Assembly (NCBI GenBank): GCA_001179505.1
Contig: CDMY01000295.1
Location: 248,001 to 312,000 of the forward strand
DNA length: 64,000 bases
Direction of reading: 5' to 3'
From: Vitrella brassicaformis CCMP3155
Taxonomy: Eukaryota; Protista; Chromerida
Part shown: in pieces, positions 1 to 11,400 of the stretch
How the letters are laid out: each line of letters opens with the position of its first letter
Numbering within the stretch: the stretch's first letter is position 1
Notes under the pieces: model-generated
Databases searched by the model: none
The model's input: only the letters and a program-made list of their open reading frames with translations
Told to the model about the DNA's origin: nothing
Translations under genes and position numbers: made by a program

Positions 1-202
1 CACCACCAACCAGCTGCAATGTCCTGCCCACCCATGACTGCCCCACACCACTTAGGGGAGCAATCGGTGGTTTGCAATGCAATGCAATCGGTGGTTTCCT
101 TGAGTAACCCAGCTGGCTTCGCGCATGTACCCGGGCGGCCTCAGATCGAGCGAACGAACAACTCGAACGATCTACGCAGAGCTCGCATCTGAGAATTCAT
201 CG

Positions 203-2092
203 ATGGTGCGAAATCGATGGGTTATCTTCATCGTGTGCTTGTTGCATCATGTCCACAGAGGCCTGCAGAGAGGCCTGCAGCAGGATGGAAGCCGGCTGAC
301 AGCATTCGACACCCAGGAGAAGGCACTGCAGCACCTCAAGGGCACCACAGAACAGGGGCGACTGACGCAAGATCTGCTGGAAAGGTGAGGCTCACGCACA
401 GCAAGGGAATGGATGGCATTCATCGCATCACTCGGCATCCCTTCCTTTGGTGGTTCGGTCCAGAGATCTTCGTTTCTGCGTGCGCAACTGCTGGTGGGAC
501 GTATGCCGCTATCTCATTTCGTTGAGCCATTCGTCGTCTGTCGAGGATGGCAACACGAGTAGGCTCACACGGAAGGAACAGACACGAACACATACGAACA
601 CATGCAGACCACACCCTCTCTCTGTCTTGTCTGTGCGTTCGTTGTGATGCAGGGTTGGATGCGGCAGGTGTGGTGCGTCAGGAGGTGGGCCGCGTACGCC
701 AAGCTGCTGACAGCCTCATACGGATACTCGACAGGCAACACGCTGACATTCAAAGGTCGGGTGCCACGATGTACCTACCTACCGTACCTGTCGATGAATG
801 AACCGACTGTCGATGCGTGTCGGTGGCTGTGTGTGTGCAGGATATCCTGTGCCTTTCAGTGGGCTCAGTCGCCCTCACAGGTCTTCCTGAGCATCAAATA
901 CTCATACAAATGGAACAGCCCAGGTCGGAAGACCCATACAAATAGAACCCACAGATCTGTGAGTGACCTCCTGTACTGACTGTCTGTGTGCAGGTGCATT
1001 ATCGCTTGAGAGTGAGGAGGTGTCCATCAGCCCCCGGCACTTCCACTTCTCGGGCGAGGGCCAGCAGAGCCACAGCCACAAAAGGTACTTCCTTGACCTG
1101 GACCTATACGACACTGTCAGCCAACAGGTCCGCCAAAGACACCAACCATGACAGGCAACCAATCAGCAGCCGTCACCCATCCCATCCGATGTGATGTGTG
1201 TGCAGAATTCGTCCTGGTCTTTCGGCAGCGTCGGCCGACTGATGTAGGCAGCAAGAGAGATATGCACGGACAGAGGGAGGAGCCGAATGCTATGCCTTTG
1301 TCTTCCAGGGTGACATTGACAAAGGAGAAGGACGCCATCTGGCCCAGGCTGACGCAGTCGACCGTAGGCGCGCACACAGAAAAAACAAGCGCAGAGAATG
1401 GAGCAGAATGCAAGGCGGTCCTGCGCCTGTCCGTCAGGACAAAATTGCCAACATGCACGTGTGGTGGGAAATGAAAGAGCGGTGAGCACGCGCACACACC
1501 TACGCTCACAGTCCACCCACACACAGACGGCATCTCCATCCCACCCTCTGTGCAGCTATGAGTCGGAGGTGGCCGAGTATGAGAAGAAGCATGGCGTATT
1601 GGATGACCAGCAGGAGGAGGCAGCCAACCGCCGGCCGACGAAGGGCAAGAGGCGGCAGCCCAAGCACATGGCCGAGGTCGACTGGCTGGTCAGATGGGGC
1701 GTGTGGCTGCAACGAGTCGACAACGCGACAAGGGCTTTCATGGCTGGCAAGGTAAAATGGGGTGCATTGCTCTGCAATGAGGATCGAGATGAGAAATCTG
1801 TATCTATCTGCTCGCGTCACGTTCGTGTGTTTAGAGGGGCGAAGCTTTATCGTATTTGCGAGGGGACCACGACGACCCGAAAGGCATCATCCGGCGGTAT
1901 CTGCCTACACCGACTGACGTGTTCTTCTGGGCCAACCTCGCTTACTTCCTGCTGGCCTTTGTCACGCTGGCTGCCGTGCTGGTGCCTGTGGTGTGCTACT
2001 GCTACAAGCCGCTGAGGAGCACCCTCTTCGACTCTGATGCCATGGATGCTGGGCGGACACACCAAAGGCAAAGGGAGAAGAAGGAGAGCTAG
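203..2092 (+). CDS. Multi-exon CS (p23/HSP20-like) domain protein with N-terminal signal peptide, C-terminal TM helix and KKXX tail
   Basis: Manual GT-AG splicing gives one frame: MVRNRWVIFIVCLLHHVHRG...RISCAFQWAQSPSQVFLSIKYSYKWNSPGALSLESEEVSISPRHFHFSGEGQQSHSHKRYFLDLDLYD...VTLTKEKDAIWPRL...DKIANMHVWWEMKER...FFWANLAYFLLAFVTLAAVLVPVVCYCY...REKKES*. The FQWAQS..V.L and WPRL...WWE motifs are typical of CS domains (family recognition from memory, no HMM run). Confidence 0.75.
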
Positions 2093-2450
2093 CCGTCGTT
2101 TCTGGTGGTGGGACTCGGTGTGTGCGCGCGTGTGTGGGTGTACATAAGTGGTACCATATGGTATTTGTCTGGGTAGGTAGGTAGAGCGCAGCATACGTGT
2201 GTGTGCGTGTGTGTGTGTGCATTTGTGCCTGCGATAGTGAATCAAGACTTTTATCCATCCATCCATCAAGTCATCCCTCCGTGAATCATCACTGAATCAG
2301 TGCAACTGCAAGGTTCCATTCCCCGCACTAGACACACACACACACACATGAATACTCAAACCAATCATTCATTCATTCAGCAGATACGCTTAGCCACCAA
2401 AACTCGCTCACCGATCCCCCAGCAACCCTTCCCCTACCCATATGAAGGCA

Positions 2451-5400
2451 TCACGTGCCTCCGTCCGGCTTTGTGGCCTTCGCTGGTGGGGGCGCCGGCG
2501 ACGGATGAGTCTGCGGCTGAATCTGCCCACCATTCCCAGTCGCTGCTGCAGCAGCAGCAGCTGGAGCTGGAGCCGCAGCTCCGCCCGGCTGCTCCCCAAA
2601 GCCAACTGGCTGCTGAGCAGAGCCGTCGGGCTGCTGCGTCGTGGTGGTGGCCGACCCATTGTGCTCTCCTGCTGCTGCTTCTGCTGCTCCTGCTGGTGGT
2701 GGTGGGCGACGCAAGGGCGCCTTGGACGCCGCCTTCGTGCGCGGGCCCGTGGATGCCTTCGGGCCTGTGGATGCCTTCCTCTTTTTCGACGCCCCACTCC
2801 CCGGGGGCGACCCCTGTTTGGCTTTGCCGCTGGCTTTGCTGCTGGCCTTGCTGTTTATCTTGGGGCTGGCCTTGGGCGGTCGTTGTGCAGGAGGGCGAGC
2901 CTTAGCGGGCGGGGGCGGGGGAGGCTGTTGAGGAGGGACAGGCACAGGGGCCCACTGGCTGTGCGGTGCGGCGGGTGGGTACATCGGCGGTGGGTATGCC
3001 GACGGATCAGCCGGGACAGGCGGACCAGTTGGGCCNNNNNNNNNNNNNNNNNNNNNNNNNNNNNNNNNNNNNNNNNNNNNNNNNNNNNNNNNNNNNNNNN
3101 NNNNNNNNNNNNNNNNNNNNNNNNNNNNNNNNNNNNNNNNNNNNNNNNNNNNNNNNNNNNNNNNNNNNNNNNNNNNNNNNNNNNNNNNNNNNNNNNNNNN
3201 NNNNNNNNNNNNNNNNNNNNNNNNNNNNNNNNNNNNNNNNNNNNNNNNNNNNNNNNNNNNNNNNNNNNNNNNNNNNNNNNNNNNNNNNNNNNNNNNNNNN
3301 NNNNNNNNNNNNNNNNNNNNNNNNNNNNNNNNNNNTTGGGCCTGGGTGGGGGCGGGGGTAGCCATAGTAGGCGCCGGGATGATGCCACGGTTGGGGTGGC
3401 GCATTGACGTGAGGATGGCCTCCTGCAGGTCCAGGCGGGCTGACCGCACGGCTGGGGGCGCCAGCGTGCTGTGGGACGACCATCGGTGGCCGGACGGTTG
3501 ATTGGATGGGCTGTGGTGGCCCACTGTATGGCGGGGCCGGGGGGGAGGTCTGCAGTCGGTGCATGAAGTTGTGTTTCTCGGCTAGTGCCCTGGCGTCCTG
3601 TGCGATGCGGCTGCGGCCGACGTTGACAGTGAGTGCGAGAGACTTGTTGTAGTGGTCGACGATCTTGTCGATTTGGTCCTGGGGCGGGGAGGGGTTGGGG
3701 TTGTCGACGTTCTTGGCGTTGGCCACGTGCTTGGTGGCGTCGTCGAGCATCTTGCGGGCCTCCGTGATCCAGTTCTTGATGGCCTTGTACTCTTCGTCAC
3801 ACTCAGTCAGACATGGCGGGCCGATAATCCAACTCTCCTTCTCGATGTTGCACTGACCAGACCAAAGAGAGAGATCAAGACACCCCACCCCACCACAGCA
3901 TTACATTGAGCGACCGACACATGTGTGGTGTGGTGTGGGTGAGAGGGGCGGGGGATGGGCTTACCAGTCTGAGGAGCACCTCGAGGGTTTCGTACTTGTA
4001 TCTGCCAGCGGGCCGGTTGGCGCCCTTCTGCAGCTCCCTGACGGCGTCATCCTTGCGCCTGATGGCCTGGTCGACCTCATTCTGCAGCATCGGCACCACA
4101 ACCATCTCCCACCCCTCCGCCTGCCACCGCCGCACCTCCTCGTACGTCGGCAGGTGAGCGCGGATCAACTTGTACCGCTCCTCCATCTGCTCATTCTTCG
4201 ACAGCTTCTTGTCCGACGGCGTGTCGTCTGACGCTGCCGACGAGGGCTGCTGGGCCGACGTCCCATCCGCCGCAGGTGCTGCGGCTGCAGATGCACTTGC
4301 AGAGGCGGCAGCTGCACTTGGAGAGGCTGCAGCCGCAGCTGCAGCCGGTTCCTCCTCCTGTGGCTTGCCGTCTTCGTTGGGTTTCTTGGAAGGGCTCTTC
4401 GTGCGCTGCAGCACCGTCTCGGGCTTCATCCTGATCTCGAGGATGCGGCGGACGCGCTCGTCCCACTGGCGGGCCGCGTCGAGGAGTTTGCGCCACTCGT
4501 CGGCGACCTTGTCGCCCTCCTCCTTGAGTGCCTTGCCGCCCTCACTATTGAAGCTCTCCCTGACCCGCAAGTCGTCCCACTTCTTGAGCCATTCCTCCAC
4601 CGTGGACTGCGCCCTCCGTGTCCGCCACGACCTCAGATGCACCGGTGGTCGCTTGCCTGCCTGCCCAGGCTGGCCCGGCTTGTCGCCCTGCCACGACTTG
4701 AGGATGCGGCGCTTCTCTTCGACCCACACACGGGCCGGCTGGAGGTCGCGGAGGGCGTCCTCCTCGGGGAAGCGGATGGGCAGCCGCGTGACGTCGTTCT
4801 GAATGGCAGTGAGGTCGTCAGCGGTCTCCTTGAGCGGCTGTGCGATCATGCGCATGAGCTCCTCGTGGACCTTAGAGGTCTGGCTGATGATGCGCTTGAG
4901 CTTCTCGACCTCGAGCACCTTGAGCTGGATCCTCTTGGGCATGGCGTCCAGGATCTCGGGCACACTGCCGTAGGGCACGCGCAGCTGCTCGAGGGTGTCT
5001 GGCACTGGGATGGGGCACCAGGGGTCCCAGCGGGCCCGGTCGGCGCTGGACATGTTGACCATGGGGTGCATCTTGCGGATCTGCACCGTGGCCTCCTTCC
5101 TGTCCTCGAGGAACCGGTTGGCCTTCCACCGCCACTTGCGCATCGCACGCATGTGGCCCAGGCAGCTGACCATCTCAGGCACCTTCCCCAGACCCACCAT
5201 GCGGCCCACGCATACCATCGACTCGAACTCATCCATGTCCAGCGAGATGCGGCCGTCCGCCCTGACGGGCCGGCACGACAGCTCCACCTCGCCGCACTTC
5301 CACGGCAGCCGCACCCACAGCACCCGCTTGCCGCCCCGCCCCCTCGACGCACCATGCCGGTCCACGTCGATCGGCGAGCTCTCGCCTCCCAGCTCTCCAT

Positions 5401-8400
5401 TGGGAGGGCGGTCTGAATCCTCGTCGTCGTCCCTCGACCGGCGGGGCTCCTTGTCGTCCCCTCTCCCTTTGCCTTTGCCTTTCTTCTTGGGGAGAACGCC
5501 ACTCTGGCCGCGGGTGCGGGCGCGGTCTGTGGCCTTGACGGCCTCAGTCCCCTTGGCCGGTGGTGGCCGGCCCTTCTTGCTGGACGAGGGGGTCTCCTCT
5601 TCGTCGACTTCCATGGCGTCCTCTTCGAGCTGCCGGTCCTGCTGGTCCTGTGGGGGCCGTGGGCCCGCTGATTGGTCGCCCTCCTCTGCGTTGGCGTTGG
5701 CGGCAGGGACGAACGGTGACACCATGTCCGCTGCGTCCTCCTCGGCGCCTCCCGGGGCCTCCTCAGTCACGAGGTCGTCGTCGTCGGTGGTGCGGCGCTG
5801 CTGCTCGATCTCCTTCATGGTCCTCTTGATCTTGCGCTCGAGCTTGCCGATGTCGGGGACGCTGTCGCCGATGCACATGGGCCCCTCCTCGCTCTGGATC
5901 TTACGCAGCACCTCCCGCGTGTCGATCGGACGGTTGGACGACGTGTACTCTGACGGTTGGTGCACCACCTCGCCGCTGCTGGCCCGCTCCTCCACCAAAT
6001 GCGCCATCGCCCCCCTCCCCTTGTGCTTGCGGTTGGGCAGCTCGTCCAACAGCCGACCCGGAGAGTCCTCGAGGGCGGGGACCCTCGTCCTGGCGTAGAG
6101 GTCATGCATCCACAGGAGGAGGTATGCAAACCTGTGCTGCAGCAGGAGCCGCTCGGGTAGCTGCAGACCGCTCAGTGCGCCCTTGAATGACTCGCGCACC
6201 AGCCGCAGGGCCCGCTGCCATGAGGGGTAGCGTCGCGGGGCGGGGCAGAGGAACCACCGGTTGAGCTTGACAAGTCGGAGACTCATGGGGTTGCGGAGTG
6301 GGTTGGTGTTGCGGATGCAGCAGATGGGACAGACGTAGGTGCTGGGGAGGATGGCCGACCCGCTGATGCCCACACAGTGCATGTGGAACCAACGCCCGCA
6401 CTCGTCGCAGCTGATCCACGCCGCCGCCTCGGTGTCCTCCGTCTGCAGCCTCGCGCATATTGGACACACCTCGGGGCTCCGGAAGGCTTCGATGTGCTGC
6501 GCCACGTCCTTGACGAAGGCGTAGGCCTGCTGGACGGGCGGCACCGACGCCACGTCGCCTTTCTCCGCGGCCGTTCGGCTGAACAGTGTGGCGTATGCCT
6601 TGAGGTTCTCGTTGGCGAGGTCCTGCGAGATGAAGCCGATGGGGTTGTCGGGGATCTTGGCGAGCCCCATCGCCCACTCGGGCAACACGGGCTCATCGTC
6701 CGAGATGGGCAGGCTGAGAGCGAGGAGGGTGTCGCGCTGGAACTCCGGAGGCTTGAAGCCCTTCTGCGATGCTTGGCTGTCCCTCTTGTCAGCCCCCGTC
6801 TGCTTGCGGGCGTGCTGGCGCTTCCCGCCGTAGCGACTGGCCCTGCCCTTCTGCCCCTTGGCCTTCTTCATGCTGCGGGTGGAGCGGCCCACGTTGAGAA
6901 GCGCCGAGTCGGCCTGCTCGGCAAGGTCCATCGGCTTGACCCCCTCGTCCCTCTCGTCATCCTCGTCGGCCTCCATCGCCGCCTGGAAGTTCTCCTGATC
7001 CTCATCGGCCACCTCCTGCTTGATGCGCTTGGCTGGCGGGGGCTCCGAGTTGGGCAGACCGCTGCCACCCACCTGCAACGACTCGAGAGCTGACGCCACG
7101 GCGGCCTGCGGCTGGGCACCCGCGTCATCAGGAGGAGGAGGAGCGACGTCGCCCTGGCCGCCACTGTCCTCGTTGGGGCGCTTGAGCCGCTGCTGTGTCG
7201 CCTCGTCCCTGACCTCGGGTGCGGCTGCGTCTGCCTCGCGTTTCTCCTGCAGCGCTGAGAGTGTCTCAGAGGGAGGAATCTGGTCAGAGGGCGATGCCTC
7301 AGGCGGGATGTCCCCGACCTTGACGGCGGGGGGCGGGGGCCTGGGGTGGATGATGGCGTCGAACGAGTCCGCCCAGGGGCGCTCGACAAAGTCCTCAGGC
7401 AACAGGTTGATCGCCTCGCGAGCCCGCATCTGAATGAAAGCCATACACACACAGACACAGATGGATACAGGCGTGTGTGTGTGTATCGGTTGGTGGCTCG
7501 CTCACCGTCCAGTCGCAGGCCGACATGAGTACTCCCATGAGACGTCCCTTCATGGGCACTTGCAGCGGCAGACCGTCCAGCGCGTCAAGCAGCAGACACA
7601 GCTCCGTCAGCGACAGCTCAAACGGACCGTTGACCACCACCTCGGCATTGTCGTCATCCACCATTGGGGCTGCTGGCGCCTCAGGCTGCTGTGGCTGTGG
7701 CTGTGGCTGTCCTTTCTCGACGGTCCCATCGCCCTCCATCGATGAGGACGGCACAGAGAGCGCTCCGTCAGCCGCTGCCGCTGCTGCAGCTGCTGCTGAC
7801 TCGACTGATGGATCCTCTGCTGCTGCTGCTGCTGCTGGTGGCACAGGTGGCCTCTCCTCCTTCTCCACATCGATGGTGAGCTCGTCTTCCCACGGCTCCC
7901 TCTCGCCGCCGAACAGCTGGGCGAACACCAGCCATTGGGGGCGGGGCGCGTGCCGCTTCCTGCGCTTCACCAGCCCGTCGCCGAATTCATATTCGGTCGA
8001 ATTGAGGTGGTTGGGGTCCCACGAGATGCCCACCAGGCTTGTGGGCTTCCACCCAGGAATGGCCGGGCCGTCCACGCCAGGCCTGTCAGCCGGCCGGTCG
8101 GCAATGTTGTCCGATGACGCCATCGCCCCCTCTCCCTCCCCCTGCCCCTCCTGTCCCTCTTCGTGTTGCTTGGAGGGCGTGTCAGGGTCGTCCCACTCGT
8201 CGCTGTCCCACTCGTGGTCCGACACATATGTGGGGTCGCCGGGTGTGTCGTCGAGGAAGGTCGAGTTGGTGACGATGCGCCGCCTGGGGCTGATGTCGCG
8301 CCACGAAGACTTGGACGACCGGTTGCGGCGGTTGTGGGGGAGCTTGAGGCGGCCGGCGTCCTTTAGGGCCTCGGGGGCGACGGTGCGCAGGGTGGGGTAC

Positions 8401-11400
8401 TTGTAGGACAGAAGCTGCGAGTAGACTGCACACATGCAATGATTGCGGCACAGGCAGCAAGGAAGGAACCAGGAATGACCATCTGGTGTGTGGTGTGGTG
8501 GTGTGTTCAGGTGGGGTGGGCTGTGTGTGCTTACGGAGCACTGATTCGACCATCTGCCGGAGCCGCTCCACCTCGGGTATCGTGAATGGGCAGGCTGCAG
8601 CGCAAAACACACACATGACATGCCAACACACATCACCCATATCAGCCCAATGCACTCCTCAGTAAGCAAGTGTCTCTCTCAACTCACTCACCCGTAGCAG
8701 CCTGGAAGAGCAGCTCGATGCCCTGCATGAAGGTCGCTGCCGGCGTCACCTCATGCTTCACCGGACCACCATCCTTGCCCGCATCACCGTCCACCACAGA
8801 ATCGCCCATCCCGTCCGCATATTCGCTGGGGCTAGCCACAGGAGCCGCTGCAGCTGCTGCTGCTGCAGCGACTGCTTGCTGCTGCTGTTGCTGGGCCAAC
8901 TTCTTCTTCTTGGTCGCGCGGCCGCCCTGTGCGAAGGCCGTCGGCAGTGCCGCCTTGTCGCCCTCGGGCTTGCGGCTCTTGCTGTCCCCTCTTTGCCTGC
9001 TGTGAGTGCCGTGCAGCTGAATGGCATAGGGGGGAGTGTGCTCGGGCAGGTGCACCTCGTCGTCCACTGCATCTCCACCAGATGTCTGGAGGTAGGCGTG
9101 TGTGCGCTGCTTGTCGACGTTGGCCTGGAGGAGTGCGTCGACGCGTGCTGTGACTTGCTGCTGGAGGGTGTCGAGGGAGACGGGGTTGGCTGAGGGGTAG
9201 CGGAGGTCCGACACGAGCTCGTCGAGCACTTTGGGGAAATAGGTGGAGAGGGTGCCCATGCGCAGGGACTCGTAGGCCTCAAGCCACTGTATGTATGCGA
9301 CACAGCACGCAGACAGGACGGTGGGCGTGATGCGATGTGATGTGTACGCCACTGCGTACCTTCTCGGCCGAGTTGACTTTGTGTTTGAGCGTGGCGTAGA
9401 GCTCGAGGTCGACGATCTCCTCGGGGTTGCCCACCTCCTCAAGACGCCCAGACGGTAGCGCACGCAAGATCTGGTACCGCACACCCGATGGCGCATCCTG
9501 GACACAGACAGGCACATCACAGACAGACAGACACAGACAGATATGGAGCACAAATCAGGACACCCACCACCCCTGATTGCTTCCTCACCTTCCTCTCTGT
9601 GTCAGCCGGTCCAGATGCAGCAGCAGCAGCAGCAGCAGCAGGGGCCGCCGCCTCGCTGCTTGTGGCCTGGTGTGCTTTGGTGTCGTCCGGTCCTCCGTCG
9701 AGCGTGTCGGGCGAGGGTGACGGCTGGGGTGGCTCCATCTTGTTGCTGCTGTCGTCGACGCTATCGTGTGGTGCATGGCGGTGTGCGTGGCCGCCGTGGG
9801 GAATGTGGTCGTCCTCACGCTGCTGCAGCTCTCGCGTTTCGATGTACAGAAGCGTCTCCTTGCAATCCTGCACACAGACAGACAGACAGACGATCAGACG
9901 GAGATGTGATGGATTGAATGGTCTGTCTGTCTTTCCCTGCTGGTGAAGGCAGTCGCTCACCTTGAGAGACGGCTTGTCCTTCTCCAGCCATTCGAGCATC
10001 TTCTCGTTGATGTCACGGATCTGAAGCTGCACACACGGGAGACAGAGGTAGGTAGGGAGAGAGGGAGAAATGAGTACACAGAGCACATCACGTCACAATT
10101 CATCATGTCCGTGTCCGACCGACCTCGACAGAGAGGTGCTCCTCGAGGTCGATCTGTACGGGGGACTTCTGGCAGTCGCGGTGCAGCTCCCGACCGGTGC
10201 GTGTGAGCTCCAGCAGCCGGTCGCGCAGCCCCTCGCCGCTCATCTCACACACGTAGTCGGGCCGGGGGATGGGCGCGCCGACGCCGTGATGCCACGCCTC
10301 GAAGTACGCAAAACTGAACATAAGACACACACACAGCAGACACGCACGAGAAGTGACAGGGGCGTCGCACCAGAGGGATGGCAGGCTAGCTGTTTGTCTG
10401 TCTGTCTGTCTGGATCGGTTTGTTCAGCCGCTGGATAGTGAAAGCATCCCTCCATGGAGCGGCTCGGTCGAGCGCTCGAGAGGTATTTAACACAGACCAA
10501 AGTGTGGTATCATCAGCACAAACCGCCACACCCTCCCTAGCTGTTCTGTCTGTCTGCCTGTCTGCCTGTCTGTCTGTCTGTTTCATCAGTTCTCCAAGGT
10601 AGATGACCGTCCCATCCCCGCCGCGACAGCGCAGCGAGTCGACTTGTCTCTTGAATCATCACCGAAACAATTCTACGCTGGCTGCCTGGCTTCCTTCCCT
10701 GCACACGCAGGCGGCACCAATCCCACCCACCCCCCTACCCACCTGCTTCGCTGTTTGTAAGACTCCTTGAGCAGGGCCACCACTTTCTGCCGCAGCAGCA
10801 CGGCGTCCTTCATCTGCTGCTCACACGTGGCGAAGGTCGTCAGCCGACGACCTAGGCCGTACTCCTTCGCTACCAACTTCTCGCCATCCTGACAGACACA
10901 CACACATGCAGGGACGTATGCGTCTTCATTCTCGTGTGTGTGTGTGTGTGTGCGTGCGTCGAGCTTGAGCTTGAGCTTGCCTTGATGTCCAGCTTGCGAG
11001 CGCGCGAGACCTGCTGCTTGACGGCGCCCTTGCGTCTGAGTGTGCGGTGGCTGACGTACTCATGGTACAGCTCGATCCACTCCTGCGACTCCTTCAAGGC
11101 CATCAGCAGCCCCGCCAGCTCCGGCGGCTCCACACCGATGGCTATGCCCCGGTTCAAGTGGCCCTGCCACTTGTCCATCTCGGCCCCCTTATCAGACATT
11201 TCCGCCGTCTCAGCCGACCACTCGCGCGCCATCTGCAGCCTCTCCATGAGCAGCTTGACGTTGGGCAGGTCTTCGAGGGGCTGCTGGTTGGCCTGCAGCT
11301 TCTCCTGGAAGGCGGTGACCCTTGCGACGGTGGCCTCGCTGCGGTCGAGCATGGCTCTGGCCTCCATTTCCACGTCTTGTAGTGAGGTGAGCTTGCCCTT

